Source: Octopus vulgaris (Eukaryota). Taken from it: a stretch of DNA of 64,000 nt. The notes below the pieces were generated by a model. The model was not told where the DNA came from. It did not search any database and worked only from the letters and a program-made list of their open reading frames with translations. The DNA lies in the NCBI GenBank assembly GCA_951406725.2, contig OX597829.1:31558001-31622000 (forward strand), written 5' to 3'. Made by a program: the position numbers and the translations under genes. Shown in pieces: positions 27,290-40,032 of the stretch (positions within the stretch are counted from its first letter, which is position 1; each line of letters starts with the position of its first letter).

Positions 27290-27415
27290 GACAGGTTTCT
27301 TTCAGTTTTCGTCTACCAAATCTACTCACAAGTTTGTGGTCGGCCCAAGATTACGGTAGAAGACACACGCCCAAGGTGCCACGGAGTGGAAGCAAACCCG
27401 GAATCATGTGCGCCT
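26728..27415 (-). mobile_element. SINE family A with expanded internal (CATA)n (~390 bp)
   Basis: Tail at 26728-26890, head at 27290-27415, microsatellite in between. Confidence 0.85.
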
Positions 27416-28514
27416 ATGTATAAAAAATTGTTTAAATACTTTGTGTTATTGTAACAGTATAACCAATTCCTTGGTTATACTGTTTCATTTTAACAGTAAA
27501 AACTAAAGGACACCGGTTAACAAGCACTGATATAGATAAATCCACATGGGAAGTATATACAAAGAGATGACCTAGGTGTGTAAAACTACTTTCTATGTAC
27601 AGCAAATAAAGAAACCTTAAAAGTTTCGTTTGATGTGGTTGACCTCTATACAAATATATCAGATAGGTATGGAATAGAAGCAATACATTTTTAGCTTAAC
27701 AAATGACCTTATGAATTAGGAGACCGCTTAGAGAAATTATTTAGTATTGAAGGACTTGAATTTCCTCATGAAGAGATATTCATCGCTTTAAAATATAGAA
27801 ACTTTACAATAATACGATGGGGTGACCATAGATTAATAGAATTTATGTTGGATCTAAAAGAGGACAAACCATAGGGAGCTGGTTGAGGGTGAGGTAGCAA
27901 GACAGCCCAGTGGATACATAGTTATTGGAGACCACATCTTCGGTCTATCACCAGCTAAGATATCACTTTCCAGGGAACGCAAAATCTTATGTGGCTCGTC
28001 CAAGGCCGAATATACTCACGAGTAATTTCAGAAACAGGGCAAGAACGCAATCTGAGCGGGTGTGTCATTCGTCTCGACTTGGTACAGTGCCACGTAGGAC
28101 GACGAAACACGATTGGCTTAAGGAAGAATATTATAACGATGAAGGACAACGACTATGATGGTGACCGTTGACTCATGGCCATCTTTGCGATACAGATTAG
28201 GCAATATATGCCGAATATGCTCCTTTATCACTTCCATTATAGCTTTGAAAAAATAACTGTTAAAATCTAACTGCACTCTTCAAAACTTGCACTAAGAATA
28301 AGTACGAGGTAAAATTACTACCTGCATTTATAGAAAGATGATGTAGGTAGTGTATTCCGTCCCTTCCAACTTTTAGTTCATGCAATTGAGAAACCCTACA
28401 TTATTTACAGGATGGCCCAATATGTTCTGATTACTTTTATTTAAACTTTTCTATTTTTCATTATCTTTTGATAATTAAACTATCTGCCTTGTGCTCTGTT
28501 TTCTTCTATATATC

Positions 28515-28810
28515 TTTTTATCTTTTAATTGTTTCAGTTATTGGATTGCGACCATAGTGGGGCACCGCCTTGAAGGGTTTTGTCAAACAAATCAACACTA
28601 GTACTTATTTTATTAAACCTGGTAGTTATACCACCGGCCCCTTCTTTTGCCGAACTGCCAAGATACAGGGATGTAAACATGCCAACACCAGTTGTTAGTC
28701 GGTGCGGGACTATAGTAGAAGACACTTGCTCAAGGTGCCGCACACTGGGATTGAACTCAAAATCACGTGGTTGTAAAGCGTGCTTTCTAACCACAAAGCT
28801 ACGCTTCAGG
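28515..28810 (-). mobile_element. SINE family A, degenerate with internal deletion
   Basis: TTGTTTCAGT...TTTGCCGAACTGC...ACTATAGTAGAAGACACTTGCTCAAGGTGCC. Confidence 0.75.
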
Positions 28811-28845
28811 AAACTTATTTCCTTCATGCTTCCTTATTACGTTAG

Positions 28846-30010
28846 TCAGTTTCCCGGACAAGTTCTGCAACGCGCCAACAGATGGCAGAAGACGGTTGCG
28901 TGCGCACTGAGAGCTAGCAATGACCTTCATCAGGCAGTGTACGTGTGACATCGCTGTGTTTACTTCGCAAGTTGTGAAATTTCCTTTTTGTGACCAAGTG
29001 TATGCTGTGGTCTGCAATTTTGTTATGGACAGGAACAAAGAGCCAACGTGAAAATTTACGTTAAACTTGGGAAGCCTGCAGCAGAAACATCATGCATGCT
29101 TCAGCAAGCTTACGACCGCGAGTCAATGGGTGGTACACAATTTTTCGAGTGGCGCAGACGCTTCAAAACCAGAAGAACGTCCCTGAAAGACGATGAGAGA
29201 TTTGGAAGATCTACCATGTGTGTCACCCCCAGAAATGTGGAGACAGTTAATCAGCTTGTGCATGAGGATTGTCGGAGGACAATTATCGACGTTTTGCTTG
29301 AGGAAGGACATTCGGCGAAAACAACTGGATCTGTGGTGCACGAAGAATTGGATTCTTCACGACGACAATGCACCCTTGTGGAGGCACATGGCCTAGTGGT
29401 TAGAGCAGCTGACTCGCGGTCGAGGGATCGCGGGTTCGAATCTTAGACCGTGCGATGTGTGTGTTTATGAGCGAAACACTGAAGCTCCACGCGGCTACGA
29501 CAGAAGGTAATGGCGAACTTCTGCTGACTCCTTCGCCACAACTTTCTCTCACTCTTTCCTCCTGCATCTTGCAACTCACCTGCGACGGACCGGCGTCCCG
29601 TCCAGGTGGGGAACCTATACGCCAAGGAAACCGGGAAACCGGCCCTCATGAGCCAGGCATGGTTCGAGAAGGAACAAACAATGCACCCTTTACTGAGTTC
29701 TCTTCACCCGTGAGTTTCTCGCCAAAAACAACATAGTATCGCTTCCGCACCCGCGCTAATCGCTAGATTTCGCACTTCCCAAGATGAAAATGCAGTTGAA
29801 AGGTCGCCGTTTTAACAAAGTTGTCAAGAGTGAATTGCCGAAGGTCCTCGACTCGCTTACGGAAAATGGCTTCCAAGCCGGATTCCAAAAGAAGGAACCG
29901 GTGTATATTTGCACAAGGTGACTATTTCGAAGGAGATGATGTTAAAACTCGGGTAAATAAGTTATTTTTTATTAAACATAACTAGTCCGGGAACTTTTTG
30001 ATACCTCCTA
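28846..30010 (+). mobile_element. Defective mariner family M1 with nested SINE
   Basis: KIYVKLGKPAAETSCMLQQAY...FFEWRRRFKTRRTSLKDDERFGR (HTH), WILHDDNAP; 3' TIR GTCCGGGAACTTTTTGATACCTCCTA. Confidence 0.9.
29378..29677 (+). mobile_element. tRNA-derived SINE (family D) with 13-bp TSD
   Basis: A box TGGCCTAGTGG, B box GGTTCGAATC; TSD ACAATGCACCCTT at 29365-29377 and 29678-29690. Confidence 0.9.
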
Positions 30011-30644
30011 TAATATCTAGGCTGTATATACAAATATAAATGTTGCTTTAAGCATCAATTTAAATCGTTATGTCTTAAAATAAAACTTTATAAATCGAAA
30101 TTAGGGTCTACATATTTTTGCCAATAAGAAACACATCTATTTACGCAGATACTAGAAAATTGGTATTTGTTACCTTATTTCTTGTTTTGACGTCAGCTTT
30201 TTAAATAAAATGGTGTAATATATTACACCATTCAAATTTTTACTCCTTCAAATTTTTGTCTATTATTATCTTATCAGTTTCATCCACGTCAAACTATTTA
30301 TATGTGTTGTTCTGTTCTAATTCTCTGGTTTCACTGTCTAGATAAATATAATATTCTCTCGGTCATAATTAGTTTGCCTCTCCTAGTATCTCTGATACAT
30401 TTACGTAATCATATACGTATTTTTATATTCAAGTCTGTATTCTAATTCATTGAATGCTATTGTTAGATTCATGTGAACTGGGAAGATATTTCAAGCAGAA
30501 GTTACAATTTTCTTGCAGCTTTTAACATGTTGCTGAATTTCTTGTTAACTATGGTGGACCATGTTTGCGATGCTAATGTATTTTTTTCAAATTTTCCTTA
30601 TCTGATCTGTTTTGGTCTTTGATCCAGCTGAATTTTGAAGACTC

Positions 30645-30702
30645 TATACATACATACATACATATATACATACATACATACATACATACATACATACATA
30701 CA

Positions 30703-30737
<35 letters not shown>

Positions 30738-30946
30738 GTACATATATACATACATACATACATACTTACAACATACATACATACATACATACATACATAC
30801 ATACATACATACATAAATACATACATACATACATACATACATACATACATACATACATGCATACATACATACATACATACATACATACATACATACATAC
30901 ATACATACATACATACATACATACATACATACATACATACATACAT
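30645..30946. repeat. (CATA)n microsatellite
   Basis: Directly visible. Confidence 0.95.
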
Positions 30947-33135
30947 CACAGCAGAACAAGCAGCTGGGAAGAAGGGTGTCTGGAGATGTGCCGAGCAATT
31001 TTTTAATCAACAAAACTGTGATATCAGAAGTGCGACAGCATAAGAGGAACCTAGTTTCAATGTGGCTAGACGGCAAGAAAGTCTTTAACTCTGTTCCACA
31101 CTCATGGATGCTAGAAGCTCTTCAACTTTCTAAAGTTCCAGTGAGCATAGTCAAAGCCATAGCTGACCTGACTTCATCGTGGGCCACCATCTTGAAATTA
31201 AACAAAAAAGAGTGACTATATAAATCACTGATGAGATACAGTATCGCGAGAATGTATATTCTGTTTATACTATCTGTAAACCTCTTGTCATTCATATTAA
31301 GGAAGTTTTGAAGGATATCTCACTGGTTCACAAGGAAACAGAAATAACAAAATTACAAACTGTTTCTTTGTGAGTGTCTCGAAACTTTATGCAAAGAATA
31401 AGCACGAGATGAAAAAGAGTCTTGATCTGTTTACAACATTCTCAAAGGATGTAGGGTTGGAGTTTGGTCATGATAAATGTTATATGGTTGTGAAAAGGCG
31501 GTAAACTGTAAACCAGAATAGCAACAGTTAAGTCATCAATGACTTGACTGTTTCCCCTATATCTGATGAGGAATGTTACAGGTATCTAGGGGTGGATGAA
31601 AACATATCTTGCAAAGGCACCAGTAACAAAACTCGTGTCACTAAAGAATATTACAGCTGAATAAAGAAAATTTGGACCTCACAACTATCCGCATTCAATA
31701 AAATAGTGGCCCACAATGTGTTTGCAGTGTCAGTACTCATTCCAATATTTGGGCTGCTTGATTTGACGCTTGCTGAGATCCGAGCCATTGATGTGAAAAC
31801 CCGGAAAATACTAACACGTACTCATAATTTGCACATAAACAGTGACGTAGACCGCGTCTACCTAAAATAAAAACAAGGCGGCAGAGGCTTAACATCGCTC
31901 CAAACTGCCTTTGAATGTTGTAACATACCCCTTCGGCAGCCTCTTTTAGCCACCAGGTGTCGAAGTGCATCCCTTGACCAAGTTTGAATACATGAGGCTG
32001 ATAACATCATAAGACTTGGAAGGCAGCTCATTGAACAGCATTCTTTGTCTGATAACCTTAAATACATACCCAAAGAAGTCGCACGACTTTACCGCAACGT
32101 ATCATCAGTTGAAAGGATAAGCGTGTATGAGCAAAAGATCATGCATGGATATGTTAATAGAAAGCTCCGAGATGAATTTAACATTGATCATCAAAGAAGG
32201 TTATCATGGACCAATAACCGGATTACTACCTCCCACTTTGAAGAGTGTGCATTTGCAATCCAGGAACAGGAAATATCAACCAAATACCTGACGCACAAAA
32301 GGGATAGAGATACAAGAAAAGCAGTAAAATGTGACAACCGATGCAGACTTTGTGGCGTTAACACCGAAGATGTCACCATATCTTAAGCAGTTGTCCGAAA
32401 ATATCATCAGCCGATGAGATATGATGTTGTAACTAGGACACTCTATAATGAAATCCGTCGGAAGAATAACCCTGAGGACAACGAAATAAGAACCTACAGA
32501 ACTGGAATGTCCCAGTGAAAGTCTCAATAAAATGTAAGCTCAACAGACCTGATATAACGATTTGGGATTAAGAAGAGAAACTGCGTACAGTTGTGGAAAT
32601 TAGATGTCCAGTGGATGTTATCATAAAGCTAAAGATCAGTAAAAAAGAGAACACCTATGCTGAACTATTGAGAAATCTGCAGTTGCTCTATCCAGATTAC
32701 AAGTTCACGTTTATACCTGTAATTAATGGGGTCCTGCGATATGTAGCACTCTGCCTAAATACCAATCTTGAGAAACTAGGCTTCTCAAAACCAGAAAGAA
32801 GAAAGCTAATTCGAAGACTACAGATCCAATCCATCACTGGAACTGTAAAAATCTGTAAAACTTTCCAGATTTTCATGTTTTAAATATATACGAGCATGTC
32901 CAGATATGCAACTATATCCATGAGAATACATACATAAAACATACAAATCTGCACATACATACATACATACATGCATGCATGCATACATACATACATACAT
33001 ACATACATACATACATACATACATACATACATACATACATACATACAAAAATACCCTGTTGTTGATGTTGAAATTCCAGTGAAGGAGCCTTAGATCTAGG
33101 TTTGAAACCGGCTCTTTTTCTATTGACAAGAAATC
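30947..33135 (+). mobile_element. 5'-truncated, degenerate R4/Dong-like LINE (RT + CCHC + restriction-like endonuclease)
   Basis: RT motifs EQAAGKKG..C.EQ.LIN, WLD.KK.FNSVPHSW; CRLC...EDVTHILSSC; RPDITIWD, VEI.CP, K..TYAEL; many stops and frameshifts; extension past the (CATA)n to ~33135 is tentative. Confidence 0.85.
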
Positions 33136-33140
33136 ATCAC

Positions 33141-33350
33141 GAAAATCCTGCGAATCAGAGTTCCGCGTGCCCGTTCGTCGGGCAGTTGTGCTACAACTGC
33201 CCGACGAACGGGCACGTGAACCTCTGATTAGCAGGATTTTTCATAATGTTTTTGTAGCTTTAATTTTAAAAAAAAGATTGTCACTGTACCTTCGGTATTC
33301 AAGTACTATTTTGTACCACCATGCTTTGCATTTATATGCTTACTCGTGTA
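33141..33350 (+). mobile_element. Fold-back Penelope-like pLTR remnant with degenerate HHR
   Basis: Arms 33141-33189/33193-33242; CTGC-CCGACGA-ACG ggca CGT-GAAC-CTCTGAT-TA-GCAG; 3' tail similar to 49680-49760; ends in (TA)n. Confidence 0.7.
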
Positions 33351-33352
33351 TG

Positions 33353-33402
<50 letters not shown>

Positions 33403-33520
33403 ACAAGATAAGGGCAGAAGAAAAATTCTAATGCCAGATACGCCGAAACAAAAAATTGTTGATAACCATTAAATTTATGCGTCTCGAAACAAACCGATAG
33501 AAATCTCTAAAAAATTCGTT

Positions 33521-33584
33521 ATTACCGTATTGGTCCAATTTCGGGGTTAATTCACAAGAAATTTTCCCCTCTTCAGCGGCAAAT
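33521..33584 (-). ncRNA. Type-I hammerhead ribozyme (inverted copy)
   Basis: Reverse complement of the motif at 34188-34250. Confidence 0.8.
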
Positions 33585-34187
33585 ACGCGAGATATAAATG
33601 AAATACTTACTCATACTCACGGAAAAAGCAAGCACTAAGTCCCGAGCAGACTTAAGTACCCCAAATATATCCAAAATAGAAAAATCTTCGGCGCACCTCG
33701 AGACACGTGTGATTCTAACTAGAGACTTTCACAGAGTGATAGAATCCGGAAGTGAAACACTAATCTATTTATAATTAATATACGGTAATAACGAATTTTT
33801 TAGAGATTTCTATCGGTTTGTTTCGAGATGCATAAATTTAATGGTTAACGACAATTTTTTGTTTCGGCGTATCTGGCATTAGAATTTTTCTTCTGCCTTT
33901 ATCTTGTAAATTATGTATTTTACCTTTAAAGGCATCTTTTGATATGCTGGCCATTGATAAAAATTTTTTCACGAAAAAAATTTTATCCTATATTAATTAT
34001 AAATAGATTAGTGTTTCACTTCCGGATTCTGTCACTCTGTGAAAGTCTCTAGTTAGAATCACACGTGTCTCGAGGTGCGCCGAAGATTTTTCTATTTTGG
34101 ATATATTTGGGGTACTTAAGTCTGCTCAGGACTTGGTGCTTGCTTTTTCCATGAGTATGAGTAAGTATTTCATTTATATCTCGCGTA

Positions 34188-34250
34188 TTTGCCGCTGAAG
34201 AGGGGAAATTTTCTTGTGAATTAACCCCGAAATTGGACCAATACGGTAAT
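34188..34250 (+). ncRNA. Type-I hammerhead ribozyme
   Basis: TTGCCG-CTGAAGA-GGGG..CCCC-GAAA-TTGG a CCAA-TA^-CGGTAA: canonical core, 6-bp stem I, 4-bp GC stem II, near-palindromic stem III with 1-nt loop. Confidence 0.85.
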
Positions 34251-34484
34251 AACGAATTTTTTTAGAGATTTCTATCGGTTTGTTTCGAGACGCATAAATT
34301 TAATGGTTATCGACAATTTTTTGTTTCGGCGTATCTGGCATTAGAATTTTTCTTCTGCCCTTATCTTGTAAATTATGTATAAATTTTACCTTTAAAGGCA
34401 TTTTTTGATATGCTGGCCATTGATAAAAAATTTTTCCCGAAAAAATTTTATCCTATATTAATTATATATATATATAAGTGTAAA

Positions 34485-34788
34485 ATCCCCTTCCGTCATG
34501 AAAGTTCCTCTCCGAGGCACAAGTCCTGGCAAGGTTGTTTATGGAAGACCAACAACCGTCCATGCATGCCAGCCTCCTGTCTCCATGCCACCGATGTTAT
34601 CCAAGGGAAAGGCAATGGCCGATACAACTTGGCACCAGTGGCGTCGCAACTTATTTCTACAGCTGAGTGAACTGGAGCAAAGTAAAATAAAGTATCTTGC
34701 TCAAGAACACAACACAAAGCCCAATCCAGGAATCGAACTCACTACCTCAATGATTGTGAGCCCGATACTCGAACCACTGAGTCATTCG

Positions 34789-34790
<2 letters not shown>
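34485..34790 (-). mobile_element. SINE family C
   Basis: Matches 44950-45278 (GGCAAGGTTGTTTATGGAAGACC, TTTCTACAGCTGAGTGAACTGGAGCAA, CTTGCTCAAGAACACAAC). Confidence 0.8.
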
Positions 34791-34836
<46 letters not shown>

Positions 34837-35349
34837 CATACATACATACATACATTTCATATTCAACTCACCAACATTCAGAAATTCAACTAACAAATTT
34901 CGTAAATACCCGAAAAATAACTTGAACCACCTGAATTCAGCTGACAACAGGACGCGAAAATGCAACTTCCACTTTAAAAGAGTGTGCCCAACCAACAGTA
35001 ACTGTCCAATCCAGAAGAATGAGTTTTACATTCAACTAGTGTCACGTGTAACATTAACTGAAACAGAATTGAAAATCTAGGAATAACTGCTAACTTATTA
35101 AAGAACAAACTGCGTATGTTCATGATGACTTATTTAGAACATAGCAAATAATATTCAACACAAAATTATCAATATATGCCACTTTGAACACTGAAATCCG
35201 AAATCAAAGCATAAACACAAATACTTAATTTCTTCATGACCTCATATGCGCAGATACCTCTTTACATACCAAAGCAGCATTTGAATAAGAGTAACATTAA
35301 ATCCCAATAGAAAATTATATTTTCTTCTTTTTCTTTCTTGTAATCTCTT

Positions 35350-35800
35350 TTCAAATAATATCCCTTGCTCAAATTAGTAATAACACCTGGGTGACCTCCG
35401 ATTTACAGGAATTTTCTGTAGCTCTCCCGAATATTGACTAAATCACAAAATCAGAGTGAAGCAAATCATTTTTAGAAGCCCACAAAGGACAAAGCTTGTA
35501 TTTGTTTTTCTTACCTTTCCTTTTCATCCATCTTCAAATAATATTTCACGCCTGACCTAATAATAGCACGAATGGCTTTATCTATACAGTAATTCCTTGG
35601 GGTTTTCCCAATTAAATGTATATTGATTAATTCGATAAATCAGATGATTATTTCTTAGATCTAGAATCTACAAAGGACAAAATTTTTGCTTCTTTTCCGT
35701 TTCCTTTCTTTTTGTCGCTTTTCAAGTAATATTTCACACCTGAGCTAGTAATAACGCCGAAGTGACCTCCTCTACACGAAAATCACCACGCCTCTCCCAA
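35350..35800. repeat. Old degenerate tandem repeat, ~185-bp period, ~2.5 copies
   Basis: CAA.TAATAT..C...C....AGTAATAAC recurs near 35352, 35536 and 35723; ACAAAGGACAAA near 35482 and 35670. Confidence 0.55.
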
Positions 35801-36864
35801 ATATATGCACATACAAGCAATTCAATAATTCAGGCAATTTCTTTGCTCCACCGAGATGATCTAGATTTCAAAAAACTATAATGGACAAAAATTCCTCTCT
35901 TTTTAACTTCCTTTTTGACAAATCCAACCATAAACCGTTTCCGCAGACATGCATACACACAAACACAAATACATATCAAGTCGCTCAAACGAGCATGTAA
36001 ACGCAAATAAAACGACCAGTGAAAACACATGCCATAAATCAAATAGATACTCAAGGAAACACATACACACACAATGCTCACACAACACAACACAGACGCG
36101 TGTACACGTGCAAACACACACATACACAAAGACACACACACACACAAATCTTAATAGATACACAGACACACTCGTCAAACCGTTGAACTGAGCAAAGAGA
36201 CGCAAACAAACACACAAGCAGACAAGCACACATGCATACACAGACAGACACATATGGATATCAAACCCTTCAGACGAGCACAAGATCATATAGTTTCAAT
36301 AAGCACACATTCATACACAGGTAGGTACCTAACAACCACAATAAGCACACGTTCATAAAGAGATAGACAACCTAAGAGCCACAACAGTTACGATTCGTAT
36401 TTAAAACGTGGGTTGCTTCTTTATTTTCTTAAAAATCAATCAATGATTATGGAAAATTGAATTTTACATTACATTACCTGAAGAGCCATGTTATGAGGAA
36501 ACCAGAAGCTTTAGGACAAAGTGCAATAGTTAGCTATTAATAGAATTTTTTTTTAGTACTCTGTAAAATCACTGAATTCGCTTTTACTCCTAATCCCTAC
36601 ATATCCATGTATGTATGTGTATGAAGTATATATACACAAACATATATATATATATATATAAAGATATATATACTTAGACATATATAGAGAGAGTGAAAGA
36701 AAGAGGGAGAGGACGATATAGGAATATATTTACCCATATAATATATATATATATGTATACATACATGCATACATACATATATATATATATATGTGTGTGT
36801 GTGTGAGTGTGTGTGTGGGGGGGGGGGGTACTGTAAGTTTAGAGGGAATACTTGATAAGTGTAA

Positions 36865-37722
36865 GCTTAGCGGTACTTCGTCTGCCGTTACGTTCTGAGT
36901 TCAAATTCCGCCGAGGTCGACTTTGCCTTTCATCCTTTCAGGGTCGATAAATAAAGTACCAATTATGCACTGGGGAAAACAATAAGGTGGCGAGCTGGCA
37001 GAAGCGTTCGTTCACTGGGCGAAATGCTAAGCGGTATTTCGTCTGCCGTTACGTTCTGAGTTCAAATTCCGCCGAGGTTGACTTTGCCTTTCATCCTTTC
37101 GGGGTCGATAAATTAAGTACTAGTTATGCACTGGGGTCGATATAATCGCCTTAATTCCTTTGTCTGACCTTGTTTGTCCCCTCTATGTTTAGCCCCTTGT
37201 GGGCAATAAAGAAATAAGAAATGAAAAATAACAATAGCCATCTTATTTTTTTCTCGGCTCCAAGAGATTGGAAGGTAGTTGATGTAGTAGCTTTATAAAA
37301 GCAAAGGCGGCGAGCTGGCTGAAACGTTAGCACGCCGGGCGAAATGGTAAGCGGTATTTCGTCTGCGTTACGTTGTGAGTTCAAATTCCGCCGAGGTCGA
37401 CTTTGCCTTTCATCCTTTCGGGGTCGATAAATTAAGTACCAGTTACGCACTGGGGTTGATGTAATCGACTTAATACCTATGTCTGTCCTTGTTTGTCCCC
37501 TCTGTGTTTAGCCCCTTGTGGGTAATAAAGAAATAGGTATTTTGTCTGTCGCTACGTTCTGAGTTCAAATTCCGCCGAGGTCGACTTTGCCTTTCATCCT
37601 TTCGGGGTCGATAAGTTAAGTACTAGTTATGCACTGGGGTCGATATAATCGCCTTAATCCCTTTCTCTGTCCTTGTTTGTCCCCTCCATGTTTAGCCCCT
37701 TGTGGGCAATAAAGAAATAAGA
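36865..37722 (+). mobile_element. Cluster of SINE family B monomers
   Basis: Four copies of CGTTCTGAGTTCAAATTCCGCCGAGGTCGACTTTGCCTTTCATCCTTTC.GGGTCGATAA; heads AAGG(T/C)GGCGAGCTGGC at ~36984 and ~37304. Confidence 0.9.
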
Positions 37723-38134
37723 AATGGAAAATAACAAAAGCCATCTTATTTTTTCTCGACTCCAAGAGATTGGAAGGTAGTTGGTGCAGTAGGTTTATAA
37801 AAGCAAAGAAATTGGAAGGTAGTTGGTGCAGTGGGTATATAAAAGCACTTCTAGCAGCACTTTTCATGCTTTACTTTAAATTTATGTTCCTCCTTTTTCC
37901 TCTCATTCTTTTCTTCTTTATTTGTTAGATCTTGAACTATCCCCACCCCACCCCCAGTTTATGTATTAACTCTTGAGTGATCGTAAATTTTCTTCTCAAA
38001 ATAACCGGTCGTTTAGTGTTTGAGAATTTAGAATTTTGATTTTGTCAGCGTTGACGTTTATATTTATTCCACTGTAATCCTTTATCCCCAATGTTTCTGT
38101 CTTGTTTTGATTTTTTTTTTTTACTATTATGCAG

Positions 38135-38167
38135 GTTGACATGATATCAGATGGGTTCTACACTGAG
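38135..38167 (+). CDS. Candidate 33-nt microexon (VDMISDGFYTE in phase 0)
   Basis: Long T-tract followed by TGCAG acceptor; GAG|GTAAGG donor; length divisible by 3; lies in non-repetitive DNA. Confidence 0.3.
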
Positions 38168-39728
38168 GTAAGGTGAGATCCAAATAAAAGGGTCTTAAAT
38201 TAGACAAAACTTGTTAATGTTGAAATAGTGCAAAAATGAAATACAAGAGTGAACTATAAAAATGCAGACAGAACAACATTTGAAGATTTATCTTGTATTT
38301 GTTAAATATTTAGGAGTTAAGACACCTTCGTAGGAGACTTTTATATTTCACTTTGCATTTTTTAGGTTTTAACAAAATTTCTCTTATTTAATATCACACA
38401 ATCCTTCAGCCAAGAAACTCTGTAAAAGTGTATCGGATATCTCTGGATGATTAGTTCCCATGGGACATATTATTTGGCAGTTCAGTTCAACTGTACTCTT
38501 TGCGGACCAGTTTAATTGTTCCAAGTGCAGAGATCAAGTCCTCCGTCAACAGAATAGAGTCCGCGTATGGGTTTTTCTTTTCCCTTTTTCTTTTTCTTTT
38601 TTCATATATATATATTTTTTGCGTTCATAACCGCTTCATTTACTTCTCTAAATCCTAACATCCATGTGAAATATGCCAGCATTCCGAGAGTTCAGAACTA
38701 ATTAGGAATTCATTATGAAACAGTGTAGCCGGTACACATTTATTGACGTCTTTGAAGAGTTCACGGCGTTGAACATTTATTCGGTTTCTCAAACAAGACA
38801 AGTACAATGAACAGTTTTTTTTCTGTTTTTTTTCTTCTGAATGAGTGAACGAGTGAATGAACTAACCAGCGTTTATTAAAGTGTTGTTGGTATTCACAGG
38901 CAACGAAATATCTGTGCAAAAATAGATGAGGCTGGGTTGAAAAAGGTGGGATATTGGTTCGGATCCTATTGTATGCCCTGCATTATAATCAACTGACTCA
39001 GCATTTTTCAAAATGGCATATTTGAAATTTTCTCCCTTTCTCTCCAGTCACCTTCTCTTTCACCCTTTCCCTCTCACACCCACATACATACATAGACACA
39101 AGAAGCAGTTCAACGCATAAAATTTTTTTTTTAATACCTTAAAAAATATAAATGGCGTCAGTCTAATGACTGAAACAAGTACAAGAATATATATATATAT
39201 ATAAGGGTGTGTGTGGGTGTGGGTGTGTGTGTGTGTGTGTACGAGTATATATAGCAAGAAGAAGGATCAGAAGTCCTTCAACCATAGGCTCATAAGGCCG
39301 ATTTCTCTGATTCTGTGGTGTATATTCATTTTCATCAAACTAATCTTTGCAGTATCTAATTGGACAGTCAAGTATGTCAGCTACAGGTGTATACATAGTC
39401 CCTTTCAGGGAAACCCAGCAGCTCTTTATGTCGACAGGATTTAAGGAAGTTTTGCTTAGTTTTTCAGGAATGGTTTCACAATAAAGACTTTTTGAAACGA
39501 TGCTGATATGATATAACTACCCTCGGATTATTTGGTAGTGGCCTGCTCTAAGGGTGTCTCTAGCTTCTAAATTTCAACTTTACTAACACTGGTCCTATGA
39601 CCAGTACTGCGTCCAGCTAAACACACGGATCTTGCTAAGTGCACGTCACTGTCTCACAAATATGTTGACCCGACGCATCTTTGGATGCATCTTTGTTTGA
39701 ACAAAAATGCATGCAAAGTGTTCTGTTG

Positions 39729-39935
39729 GCGTAGGAGTGGCTGTGTATAGGCGTAGGAATGGATGTGTATAGTCGTAGGAGTGGTTGTGTGGTAAGTAGC
39801 TTGCTTACCAACTACATGGTTCCGGGTTCAGTGTCCTACTGCGTGGATACTTGGGCAAGTGTCTTCTACTATAGCCTCGGGCCGACCAAAGCCTTGTTAG
39901 TGGATTTGGTAGACGGAAACTGAAAGAAGCCCATC

Positions 39936-40032
<97 letters not shown>

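Larger units (their letters stand above)
33396..34465 (+). mobile_element. Retrozyme-like non-coding element: one inverted partial copy plus ~1.5 direct copies of a 461-bp HHR-bearing unit
   Basis: Direct repeat with period 461 (33781 vs 34242); 33396-33782 is the reverse complement of ~33989-34377; near-identical copies; (TA)n on both sides. Confidence 0.85.

Noticed and set aside
33075-33120. HHR-like GAAACCGG motif in the putative R4-like 3' UTR
   Set aside because: No CUGAnGA core and no stem I
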